Below are positions 38,534-50,492 of a stretch of DNA of 64,000 nucleotides, one piece after another. The notes beneath the pieces are model-generated. The model saw only the letters and a program-made list of their open reading frames with translations, ran no database searches and was not told the DNA's origin. Each line of letters starts with the position of its first letter. The stretch's first letter is position 1. This stretch comes from Laetmonice hystrix (taxonomy: Eukaryota), in the NCBI GenBank assembly GCA_965235115.1, contig OZ249445.1, positions 1,860,001-1,924,000 of the forward strand, written 5' to 3'. Position numbers and translations under genes: made by a program.

Positions 38534-38723
38534 ACTGCACCTGTTGGTGCGGGAGGCGGAGGCCTGGTACTGCACCAGTTGGTGCGGGAGGCGGAGGCCT
38601 GGTACTGCACCAGTTGGTGCGGGAGGCGGAGGCCTGGTACTGCACCAGTTGGTGCGGGAGGCGGAGGCCTGGTACTGCACCAGTTGGTGCCGGAGGCGGA
38701 GGCCTGGTACTGCACCAGTTGGT
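38534..38723. repeat. 35-bp minisatellite x~5
   Basis: Unit gcaccagttggtgcgggaggcggaggcctggtact. Confidence 0.95.
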
Positions 38724-40624
38724 TGTTGGCACTGAGCAGTTTTTACCATTTAGGAAAGAAAGCATATCTCTGTGGCGTATACACCGTGAACGTGGGAACT
38801 TCGGCATCAATTTCTTTGATGTCTCCTGGCAGAAACTTTCAGAGAAGGAATCTATGAGTAAAGATGACTCCATGCAGATGGTTAGTTCCATCTAAACAGG
38901 GGGTAGGTGTGAGGGGCAGAGGCAGCGCTATGAACAAGGATAAGTTCTAAGCTCTAAGAGTTCTAAGATTGGGATCAGGTTTAGCTAGGAATAGTTCTTA
39001 CCATCAAGTCTTGTTATCCTACGTTGGCACAACTATTATACGCAATATTTATGCTAACGTATTCATTAGGCATGTAATTAAGACGGTAGTTGTATTTTGA
39101 TGTAGACCTTTACCTTCTTTTCTCCGAGAAGGTGGTCTTAGTTACCGACACGACGAAACCCCACCACCACTCATCACTCACTCGTTATTGTACAATGACA
39201 TGAACCGCAGACAGGAGCTTTGTTCAGTGCGCAGATAATCTCGAGAACAAAGTTAGAGAAATACATATCGACACATGGGACACTACAGATGGTTGTAGCA
39301 CATTCGACTTCCTCCTATGTTTGATCTCTGTATGAACGTATGCGTGCCGCCTTTGATGGCTTCCCCGCCGCCGTCTCATCAACCAGCGACACATGGTTCG
39401 TCCCAGGATGATAGTATACAGCCTCTAGCGGAAACCAAAATGATATGTCGAAATACTTCAAATTTACGAAAGGATGGCACAAAATCAAGTTTGTCATCGA
39501 GGTGCCAATAGAGATCCGCTTTAAATATTATAATTTATTATCAGAACATACGTCATTAACACTATTGATACAGACTGTGTATACCGAATATTTATTCTTA
39601 TACGGTTCCACCTGTTACCATTCAAAGACGGCGTATCAGTGGTTATCATATAGTCTACGAGAGGCAATTCAAATTTAGAAGAAACATGAGAAAATATCCG
39701 GAATCGTCGGATTCCTCATGCCTGACCAGCCAATCAGCGTTAAGCTGAAGCTTCATCAAGATCTTAAGTTTTTACGAGCTGGGTCGTGGGCATATCGATA
39801 TGTTCAGTGATAGCCTATACTGGAGGAGGAAGCCGGACTACCCGGGAAACGAGCCAGAGGGTTAGGCCATTGAGGAACCAAGGCCCCTGCCTTCCAATGG
39901 CATGGAGAGGGTTTGCGGTGTCCTGGGTAAAGATAGAACTGAAGCCCCTTCTTGAGGACAGGGACAGGGCCTCTTCCTTTCAGGGACCCCCCCACCCCCC
40001 CCCCCCCCGCCGAGAAGAAGTCTATTTTTTGCAGTAATATCCTTATTTATTTTTTTAACACCTACTTTCAAACTAGATTAGGAGAGCCATCTGTCATCGC
40101 TGATTTTGCCTCAACGAAATCTAAGGGGAAATCGATGTGAAGAGACAGCGCCCCCTGGCGATAATCTTGCATGGGACAGTCATATTTAGGATCGTCTTTG
40201 TTCTTCTTTAACGTGCCTGGCTTTGTTTCCATGACAGCCACAATCATGAGCACGAAAACTACGCAGATGTTGCCATCAAGCCTTGACAAGAAGGTGGCCT
40301 TCCAAATTAAATTCATATATTTTTATTCTATTCTATTTCTTTACACCAAATGCCAGACATCAGCGCAAACACGGAATAATTACCATATTACAATGACGTC
40401 AATCATCAGTCAGTATAGGCCTACAGCGGTATATAAATGTTAATATTATCAAACGCTCCTTCTTCTACTTAACCAAAATAACTCATATTAAATGAGAAAA
40501 GTTTCGATTATACATGTCACTCATTTTTCAGACGACAACGCAGACTTTATAATAATTTTACTTTCTTGAATTTTCATTTGCCTTGTTATAACCTGTGTTG
40601 TCTGGGAGAACGTTCCAGTGCCTT

Positions 40625-41015
40625 CTCTATGGCTCGCAATACGTACATTTCGTATTGCTCTATGGCTCGCAATACGTACATTTCGTATTGCTCTATGGCT
40701 CGCAATACGTACATTTCGTATGGCTCTATGGCTCACAATACGTACATTTCGTATTGCTCTATGGCTCACAATACGTACATTTCGTATTGCTCTATGGCTC
40801 GCAATATGTACATTTCGTATGGCTCTATGGCTCGCAATACGTACATCGTATTGCTCTATGGCTCGCAATACGTACATTTCGTATTGCTCTATGGCTCGCA
40901 ATACGTACATTTCCTATTGCTCTGTGGCTTGCAATACGTACATTTCGTATGGCTCTATGGCTCACAATACGTACATTTCGTATGGCTCTATGGCTCGCAA
41001 TACGTACATTTCGTA
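40625..41015. repeat. 33-bp minisatellite x~12 with internal hairpin
   Basis: Unit tatggctcgcaatacgtacatttcgtattgctc; stem GCAATACG/CGTATTGC. Confidence 0.96.
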
Positions 41016-41984
41016 CTTTGAATTAACGGTACACTGATATTATGTTTACATTTTTATCAGTTACTTGTAATCGATGGGGGGGGGGGCACCACGCTGAAAC
41101 GAAGTATATGTGTAAATTTATGTTAGTACAAAACACTCCAGGGTCTTATGACTAAGGGACTTTTTTCTATTGTGTGCACTTCTTGGCCAACAGCTTTAGA
41201 GCAATAATCGGTACTGGTTGGAGGGTACTGAAATTGACACAGTTGCCGCAGAAATGAAAGCCACCACAAGGGAGCGAGGCTCGATAGAGAATCAATACAG
41301 GCTGACAGAAATTGAATTCATTCTAGCAGATGACTTGATTTTGCGGCGGAGAAATAAAATCAGCGTGAATGGCTTGCTATGTCGTTTAGTGGGGGTGTCA
41401 ATGGTCCTGCTGTGGGTCTGGCCAGCAAATGACGCCGTATTCTCTACCGTAGGCGACCTTTATGAGTTCGTCTCAAAGGCGGATCACGTCACACCGCTCT
41501 CCAGTATCATCAGCCAGATTTCTTCTACTCAGGTTCATTTCCCTGGACATTGGCCGTGAGAGCTGGTAGTGGGAAAGAAATTATCGGGAATTTCGGAGTG
41601 TCATCCATCGACCGGCTTCCCAAAGTGTTGATAGATTATGTTGTTCATGGCCACAAGTACTGCCGTATTGTCAGTAGATTTCCATTATTACTTTATGTGT
41701 TGGGAAATTCGATGAGTGCCCTTCCTCGCACGAATATAAATTTAATGTGTTCTGAATTATGTAAATAAATGTATTTGCATGCATAATGTTTGGTTTGCAT
41801 CCACATAACGATGTGGATATTTGATAATCAATACCACCGTAATAAGGGAAACGGTAATTCGTGTTGTACAACACTGCTCCGGATGGTCCAGTAAATATAA
41901 ACCTCGAGTTATATCGAGCTTCGGTATATCTTGGCTTTTACTGTAGAATCAGATCCAATGCTTTCGTTTCGCGCTACCTAACTA

Positions 41985-42279
41985 CTGTATTAGGGCCATG
42001 ACGATATATGTACGAGTCGTACGTATGACATAGTAACTCGTACGTACGACATACGACTTAAGCCCCCTCGCACGGGCATGTACGAACGTTACGAACTATA
42101 CGATCTCTAGTTCTGGGGTATAGTTCCTGGATAGTTCTGGGGTAGTTCCTGGGAACCCAAACAATACGATCCTTGTACGATTTTAACACGAACGGTGTAC
42201 GACCTATTACGAATACTGTAACTCGTACGTACGCAATAGTAGGTCATTGAAAGTGTTTTCCGTCATGGCCCTAATACAG
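41985..42279. mobile_element. MITE with 19-bp TIRs
   Basis: ctgtattagggccatgacg ... cgtcatggccctaatacag; the interior is rich in cgtacg palindromes. Confidence 0.8.
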
Positions 42280-42312
42280 CTTCCCGTACAATAACCGGAT
42301 GAAGATTATTAA

Positions 42313-42841
42313 AGGGGCATGCTATGAAACAGGTTTTTTTTTTATTTCCGGCAATTATCCAACATGACCGTGTACTAGGGATTCAAGTAAATAATCCTAC
42401 CACAGCATTTTGTCCTCTGACGTGTTTTCGCTGCGTATGCAGCACAAGTAGGTTCTATACGACCAAACCTATAGATTTCTCCCGATAGCACATCTCCCGC
42501 CATTATTTGGTAGACAACCCTCCCGTCAACCCGTGTAATCGCATACTGTGTCACATCCTGTGTGTGCACTCTCTGCATGTGCTTAGTCAGTGCTTTGCTT
42601 AGTTGTAAACAATTCAGCATTGGCACTCGATCGCCCGGCATCAGAATGCCACCCAAAAAATATTTTACGAAATCGGCAGAGAAGCGGGCAAGGGAGCTTA
42701 ATAAACTTCGATTTCTCACGCAAAATGAAACTGATAAGTCTGTCTTTGTTTACCAAGCAATTTTAATGAAGGATCTCTTTATGAAAACAGCAAAAGTTCT
42801 ATGAAATACCGATTTTTAACGTTTCCTCATAATATGCCCCT
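42313..42841. mobile_element. Non-autonomous DNA transposon with TTAA target duplication (Kolobok-like)
   Basis: TTAA|aggggcat ... atgcccct|TTAA. RR-starting termini with a TTAA TSD are typical of Kolobok elements. Confidence 0.7.
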
Positions 42842-42869
42842 TTAATCCTATTTTCCATCTCTCTTACAG

Positions 42870-43034
42870 TGGTTCTGCTCTCCGTCGCCGGGGTTACAAT
42901 CGGGATCAATCACGTGACCAGCTCAGCTACAGCTTATCCACCAATCAGCTGTTCTGACGGGCGGATAGCGTGTTCCATGGATTCCCACTGCCACGTTATG
43001 CTGACTGCCATTCCAAGAATATGTAATACCTCCG
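42870..43034 (+). CDS. Gfrl: Gfrl-like exon 2: end of signal peptide and first half of GFRa domain 1 (4 Cys)
   Basis: Acceptor ttttccatctctcttacag| and donor G|gtaagg; 165 nt, phase 1-1. Encodes VLLSVAGVTIG...ISCSDGRIACSMDSHCHVMLTAIPRICNTS. Confidence 0.9.
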
Positions 43035-43349
43035 GTAAGGATTCCTTTATTCTGCGTTGGGATCCACATTTATACACCTAAACGGTTACACCGCTATTTA
43101 GATCCCATTAACACGTCTCTGGCTATACGCAAACATTATCATTGCTGGAGTGGATTTGAACTTATCTATTCCGTAAATTAACAGTCGTATCTCGTACGCA
43201 AAAGTATTGACTTACCAAATTGGCCATGTCTCATTCAACGCGCCTAGAATAGATGACAGAGGGTTGACCAGAATACAATGGGCGATATTAGATTAGTTTT
43301 GGACATCCTTCATTTGTCTGACTTCACTGCAAACTTAAAAATCGCCGAT

Positions 43350-43825
43350 TTCAAAACAGCATGTCAAAAAATCCAATATCAAAGGAAAACCCTTATTTCA
43401 GTTTATGTTCAATGTGGCCTCCATGTTCCTTTACGACTAAAGGAAGCCGTTTCTTCCAAGCAGAAATGCTTGTACGTATTTCTTCCACCCATATCTTCTC
43501 CCATGACATAATTATCCTGTCCTTTAATGCCTGTTCGGTCAATTTGTCTCTCAGTCCCCGGTAAACTTTCTCCTTCAGAGAGTTCCATATGACATAATCC
43601 ATGAACCTGATGTAGGTCACTTTGGACAGTTTTGATATCGGATTTTTTGACATGCTGTTTTGAATTTGACAATACTCGCATAATTTCAGTCAGATCTTTT
43701 AGTTCTTTTGCGGACTTGTTGATGATACCCTAAGGTTATTGTGTGAAAATTTTCAATGAAATCGGGTTATCTATCACTGAGAAAATACTTGTCAAAAAGC
43801 GGTTCACTTTTTCTGGGACACCCGA
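43350..43825 (-). mobile_element. Tc1/mariner (maT/DD37D-like) internally deleted derivative
   Basis: Minus-strand TIR TA|TCGGGTGTCCCAGAAAAAGTGAACCGC at 43825. The N-terminal stub MRVLSNSKQHVKKSDIK is fused to the transposase C-terminus MDYVIWNSLKEKVY...SAWKKRLPLVVKEHGGHIEH*. The catalytic core is absent. Confidence 0.85.
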
Positions 43826-43971
43826 TATCACCGGCGATGTACACATGTATGTGCTACCTTTATGGCAGCATTCAATCATACCAAACAAGAAGCTCCAGCC
43901 ACTGCCTAATACTCAATGTTGTAGAGAATATGCGTCCTGCTTTTGATGAGAGTATCATTAAAAGGCGCAAA

Positions 43972-45428
43972 ACTGGTGTAGGGGTGGGCTTCCAACCAAT
44001 GTCTCCACAGGGCTTTCGGCTCGGTCTGTCACCCTCAACGTGGTGTTGTGTACTGGTACGGTACTGCTGTAGGGGTGGGCTTCCAACCAATGTCTCCACA
44101 GGGCTTTCGGCTCGGTCTGTCACCCTCAACGTGGTGTTGTGTACTGGTACGGTACTGGTGTAGGGGTGGGCTTCCAACCAATGTCTCCACAGGGCTTTCG
44201 GCTCGGTCTGTCACCCTCAACGTGGTGTTGTGTACTGGTACGGTACTGCTGTAGGGGTGGGCTTCCAACCAATGTCTCCACAGGGCTTTCGGCTCGGTCT
44301 GTCACCCTCAACGTGGTGTTGTGTACTGGTACGGTACTGGTGTAGGGGTGGGCTTCCAACCAATGTCTCCACAGAGCTTTCGGCTCGGTCTGTCACCCTC
44401 AACGTGGTGTTGTGTACTGGTACGGTACTGCTGTAGGGGTGGGCTTCCAACCAATGTCTCCACAGGGCTTTCGGCTCGGTCTGTCACCCTCAACGTGGTG
44501 TTGTGTACTGATACGGTACTGCTGTAGGGGTGGGCTTCCAACCAATGTCTCCACAGGGCTTTCGGCTCGGTCTGTCACCCTCAACGTGGTGTTGTGTACT
44601 GGTACGGTACTGCTGTAGGGGTGGGCTTCCAACCAATGTCTCCACAGGGCTTTCGGCTCGGTCTGTCACCCTCAACGTGGTGTTGTGTACTGGTACGGTA
44701 CTGGTGTAGGGGTGGGCTTCCAACCAATGTCTCCACAGGGCTTTCGGCTCGGTCTGTCACCCTCAACGTGGTGTTGTGTACTGGTACGGTACTGCTGTAG
44801 GGGTGGGCTTCCAACCAATGTCTCCACAGAGCTTTCGGCTCGGTCTGTCACCCTCAACGTGGTGTTGTGTACTGGTACGGTACTGCTGTAGGGGTGGGCT
44901 TCCAACCAATGTCTCCACAGGGCTTTCGGCTCGGTCTGTCACCCTCAACGTGGTGTTGTGTACTGGTACGGTACTGCTGTAGGGGTGGGCTTCCAACCAA
45001 TGTCTCCACAGGGCTTTCGGCTCGGTCTGTCACCCTCAACGTGGTGTTGTGTACTGGTACGGTACTGCTGTAGGGGTGGGCTTCCAACCAATGTCTCCAC
45101 AGGGCTTTCGGCTCGGTCTGCCACCCTCAACGTGGTGTTGTGTACTGGTACGGTACTGCTGTAGGGGTGGGCTTCCAACCAATGTCTCCACAGGGCTTTC
45201 GGCTCGGTCTGTCACCCTCAACGTGGTGTTGTGTACTGGTACGCTCCTGCTGTAGGGGTGGGCTTCCAACCAATGTCTCCACAGGGCTTTCGGCTCGGTC
45301 TGTCACCCTCAACGTGGTGTTGTGTACTGGTACGGTACTGCTGTAGGGGTGGGCTTCCAACCAATGTCTCCACAGGGCTTTCGGCTCGGTCTGTCACCCT
45401 CAACATAGTGGGACGTACTGGTACGGTA
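43972..45428. repeat. 91-bp minisatellite x16
   Basis: Unit tgtaggggtgggcttccaaccaatgtctccacagggctttcggctcggtctgtcaccctcaacgtggtgttgtgtactggtacggtactgc; generates the serial 68- and 77-aa ORFs. Confidence 0.98.
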
Positions 45429-46070
45429 CCCACAAATTCCGCTGACACACAAAAGAAAGGGCAGAAGAAAAGAGCCCCTGGAATGTTAGCCTACTGTTTC
45501 TTCCCGATACTCCATACTCCAACCCACATCTTGAATCCAAGTATAGAAGTAAACGGCTCCCAATGGGAGGCTAATGAGCTGGCGTGATAGCATGCTATCC
45601 TCCGAAAACGGCCTGTAGTTAGCCTGGAGTTAGCCACACTGTCGTTTCACGGTGGGTAACAGGTTTAATGATGTCGACGAGCGCCCCCACACGGCGGCCA
45701 GGAGAGGTGTACCCATCCTAACTGAGCCACGTGTTTTAGTGTCGTTTTACTACCTCATATCGTATTCTCCGATATAACTGACAACTGTGGACCACGCTGG
45801 TTCCTCTTCATCAACCCGATTATGTACAAAGGTTACTTCTTTTAGGGGCGTTGTGATGGTTGGTGACACCGCACGGCAAACGTAGAAAATGACGCCCCCA
45901 TCTCAGGAACTAAGCATGGCAGAAGGAACCCTTGATCAGTCAATCTTTAACAAAGAGAATCAATTCTGTTCAATATATTTTTATATTTCTTCTAAACTTT
46001 TTCAATGTAGATTAGTCAGATGATTAGTCGTCGTTTATTGCCATTTTACGCTCTCCCAAACGCGGCGCTA

Positions 46071-47526
46071 ACGGCACGTTACCCGTCTGTGGCCGCCCGT
46101 ACGACACTGGGCTCACGGCACGTTACCCGTCTGTGGCCGCCAGTACGACACTGGGCTCACGGCACGTTACCCGTCTCTGGCCGCCAGTACGACACTGGGC
46201 TCACGGCACGTTACCCGTCTCTGGCCGCCAGTACGACACTGGGCTCACGGCACGTTACCCGTCTCTGGCCGCCAGTACGACACTGGGCTCACGGCACGTT
46301 ACCCGTCTCTGGCCGCCAGTACGACACTGGGCTCACGGCACGTTACCCGTCTCTGGCCGCCAGTACGACACTGGGCTCACGGCACGTTACCCGTCTCTGG
46401 CCGCCAGTACGACACTGGGCTCACGGCACGTTACCCGTCTCTGGTCGCCAGTACGACACTCACGGCACGTTACCCGTCTCTGGCCGCCAGTACGACACTG
46501 GGCTCACGGCACGTTACCCGTCTCTGGCCGCCAGTACGACACTCACGGCACGTTACCCGTCTCTGGTCGCCAGTACGACACTGGGCTCACGGCACGTTAC
46601 CCGTCTCTGGCCGCCAGTACGACACTGGGCTCACGGCACGTTACCCGTCTCTGGCCGCCAGTACGACACTGGGCTCACGGCACGTTACCCGTCTCTGGCC
46701 GCCAGTACGACACTCACGGCACGTTACCCGTCTCTGGTCGCCAGTACGACACTCACGGCACGTTACCCGTCTCTGGCCGCCAGTACGACACTGGGCTCAC
46801 GGCACGTTACCCGTCTCTGGCCGCCAGTACGACACTGGGCTCACGGCACGTTACCCGTCTCTGGCCGCCAGTACGACACTGGGCTCACGGCACGTTACCC
46901 GTCTCTGGTCGCCAGTACGACACTGGGCTCACGGCACGTTACCCGTCTCTGGTCGCCAGTACGACACTGGGCTCACGGCACGTTACCCGTCTCTGGTCGC
47001 CAGTACGACGCTCACGGCACGTTACCCGTCTCTGGCCGCCAGTACGACGCTCACGGCACGTTACCCGTCTCTGGCCGCCAGTACGACACTCACGGCACGT
47101 TACCCGTCTCTGGCCGCCAGTACGACACTCACGGCACGTTACCCGTCTCTGGCCGCCAGTACGACACTCACGGCACGTTACCCGTCTCTGGCCGCCAGTA
47201 CGACACTCACGGCACGTTACCCGTCTCTGGCCGCCAGTACGACACTCACGGCACGTTACCCGTCTCTGGCCGCCAGTACGACACTCACGGCACGTTACCC
47301 GTCTCTGGCCGCCAGTACGACACTCACGGCACGTTACCCGTCTCTGGCCGCCAGTACGACACTCACGGCACGTTACCCGTCTCTGGCCGCCAGTACGACA
47401 CTCACGGCACGTTACCCGTCTCTGGCCGCCAGTACGACACTCACGGCACGTTACCCGTCTCTGGCCGCCAGTACGACACTGGGCTCACGGCACGTTACCC
47501 GTCTCTGGCCGCCAGTACAACACTGG
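46071..47526. repeat. 44/39-bp two-variant minisatellite x~35
   Basis: Unit ctcacggcacgttacccgtctctggccgccagtacgaca(ctggg); the long form dominates the 5' part and the short form the 3' part. Confidence 0.97.
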
Positions 47527-48469
47527 TTGCGTGCTCCTCCATTGACAGCCTTTCTCCAGTTGTGGCCTTTCTTCCAGTCACATAGTCGGCCGGCTTGTAT
47601 TTGCGCCATGTGGGTCCATGTTTACATGTACTGCAGGACGGACGGACATCATAAAACAGACTCCCCAGGCAGCTGAGAAATCAACTCACACCGTAATAAA
47701 ACCCATTTCTGTGGATGCAACTCCTTATTCGTGAATATCTCACTACATCTACAATCAGTCACTGAATTAGTAATGGTATTGTTTTCGGCCGGTAACATAA
47801 TGATGGCTATGTTGCGATCAGATGACCTCATTGAAGGGTTGACTTCGTCATCACAATCATACAGTTCAATATCTATCACAATGTGAGACAAAATCCATGT
47901 TTTGACTGCAAAACATGGAGAGACAGTTGCCATGTTCAATACACCAGTGCAAAACATCGAGAGACAGTTGCCATGTTCAATACACCAGTGCAAAACAAAT
48001 GGCAAAGAAAACGTTGGTAAAAGGAGACAATTGGCCTTATTGAGCAGGACGCCGCTACAGACTTTTGCCTAATATGCATCACTGTAAAGGAATATAGAGT
48101 AACGAAAGAAAAGTCAACTCTTCTAAACAAATATACATGGCACTTAAATTTCTCCAGTATAATATATCATCAGATCGCCGAGGGTCTCCACGGGTATGGT
48201 CACAACAAATTGAAGGGGTTTCAGTATCTTTCAAGACTGATTTCACGATAATGTAATGACGAGACCGAGGCCAGTTCATGTATTCAACACGTTATATAGC
48301 GAACCTGGGAACGTTTTCTATGTATCCAAAGCCGTGTGATCCGCACGGCTCGGGCGTCCTCAGGTGGACACCCACCTCGAAGTAAGAGCTGAAGAGCCAT
48401 AAAGAAATCCTAGTCCCAAACTGAATTTACTATCCCTACTTTCGTGCGTAGGTTACCATGGTGAGAGCA

Positions 48470-48720
48470 GGGTGAGAGCAGGTCGACCTGATGAGTCGGT
48501 TCTCGACCTTGTTATCACGAACACCAAGCCAGACCCAGTGCGCCGGGCAGGTCTTTTTATTGGTTTGGTTCAGGCTCCTTGTTGTAGCCGTCTGCAGGTA
48601 GACACTTAACGTTGTACTCCATGCGTTAATCGAGGCAGCGTGGACATTTCGACCCCAGCCACGGCTGCTTTCAGCCAATCGGTGCAGCCTCATTGAGATG
48701 GCTGTGAAGGCCTGGAGAGA
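48470..48720 (+). mobile_element. Decayed LINE APE-endonuclease fragment
   Basis: RPDESVLDLVITNTKPDPV matches the APE motif PTR...LDL(V/I)(I/L)TN. Confidence 0.4.
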
Positions 48721-49867
48721 AACTACATGCTATAGTTGGATCCTCATCAGGTCCTGCATGTTGACTGTCAGTACGGGCCGACCTCGTACACCGGCGCACT
48801 AACGAGCCCGGATGATTACCAGTGATTTGATTGGTCCAAGCAAACCGAGTTGACGACTTCCTCTGATTTCAGCGTCCAACTACGCCATCCCAGGACTGGA
48901 TGCACGCCGGGACATCTCCATGTCCGTGGTCAAACAAATCGCCGGGTTGCAATTTGGAGATTGTCAGGAGGACGAAATTATGAGCAAATTATGGGTTTAT
49001 CAGATTGATGGACCGTCATAGTGGAGACCTCATGGCCAGATAAAATCATAACTAGCACTATCCGTATGTTGGCAAACCTTCACCTCACCAGGTTTTTCAA
49101 TCAGGTTTGCGATGTGACCTGCATAATATATTAATTGAAGGGATCTGTCGAGGCATAAAGGCCCGATAAAAGAAATATTGTCATCTTCCAGCCATACTTG
49201 TCGCCTGCCGTTTTAATTGGACGAGAGATTTTGTGATTGATGTCCGTATGACCACTGCATGTAGTTAGTGTGTCGGCTTTGTTCATAGACGCGACCAGCA
49301 ACTGATTGATACAAATGTTTGAGTGCTTCATATTGTAGCCGATATGTCCGGCTTAATCTGTCCTTTACCGCCACATAGACGGACGACATATCAAAGGCCT
49401 TGTACACACTTCCTCCTATAACATCTGATAACAAACTGTAAGAAAATGCTCCATGCTAGAGCTCCTTTTCATATGGAATTCTATAACGGCAGACGGAAAT
49501 GAAACTGCTTTGCCATAGGCCTTAGCTATAATCTGAATAATCCCTTGTGGCCCTTTGTCGGCGCATTCTACCGCGTGATAAAAGAGTTCCCTGTGCACTA
49601 CTTTTAATATGGCTACCTATCAGATTAACAATATGCCGTTTATGGCTTTGACTGAACATCTATATCTACACAGAGATGGCAATACAAACACCATGCACAT
49701 AGTTGTGGGGTAGTGTTGGTTGTAGCAAACTGCTGTTAGAAATGGATTAATTGCCTCATCTTTCAAAAGGAGGGGATCCTTTTGACATGGACATTTCACA
49801 CAAACTTAGCCTTTGTTTGTTTTCTTCTTGTGCGTTACTACTTCCGACAATAACCTCTGCTCAAGAG

Positions 49868-50138
49868 AGTTTGGTGTGGAGTTTTGATATCCTGGAGACT
49901 TGTATAGTTTGGTGTGGAGTTTTGATATCCTGGAGACTTGTATAGTTTGGTGTGGAGTTTTGATATCCTGGAGACTTGTATAGTTTGGTGTGGAGTTTTG
50001 ATATCCTGGAGACTTGTATAGTTTGGTGTGGAGTTTTGATATCCTGGAGACTTGTAGAGTTTGGTGTGGAGTTTTGATATCCTGGAGACTTGTAGAGTTT
50101 GGTGTGGAGTTTTGATATCCTGGAGACTTGTATAGTTT
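49868..50138. repeat. 38-bp minisatellite x7
   Basis: Unit agtttggtgtggagttttgatatcctggagacttgtat. Confidence 0.96.
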
Positions 50139-50315
50139 AGTCCATTGCTATGCGGAGGAAGCAGTTTTACGAGAAAGTCTTTGTGTTTCCTCCAGTGATA
50201 TATGTTAGAGAGGTTTTGATTGTTGGTGAAAGGGCATGCCCAGCCTTGAGCACCACTCTCTCCCTCTCTCGTACAAACCATTATCATACCATTTTACCCA
50301 CGTTGGGTATTGCAG

Positions 50316-50492
50316 GAGCGAAGTGTACCCCCAAAGGCCGCCTCCAGTGCCGAGCAGTGCAGAAATGGCTACAATTGACTCCGCTATTCCAGAGCTGTCA
50401 CTGTCAGGTTCCCGCCGAGGAACGAGCTGCGTGTCTACAATTACGACGGTTGGTCTACACCGAGTACTGCAGCCACACTACGCCGGCCCCGA
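50316..50492 (+). CDS. Gfrl: Gfrl-like exon 3: second half of GFRa domain 1 (6 Cys)
   Basis: Acceptor gggtattgcag| and donor A|gtaagt; 177 nt, phase 1-1. Encodes AKCTPKGRLQCRAVQKWLQLTPLFQSCHCQVPAEERAACLQLRRLVYTEYCSHTTPAP and completes the 10-Cys domain begun in exon 2. Confidence 0.9.

Noticed and set aside
43872-45587. Serial near-identical 68- and 77-aa ORFs on both strands, resembling a tandem gene cluster
   Set aside because: They are the 91-bp repeat read in rotating frames; the ORFs overlap each other.
46020-47585. 521-aa and 470-aa ORFs
   Set aside because: Translations of a stop-free 44/39-bp minisatellite; two overlapping frames give the same permuted peptides and there is no domain signal.
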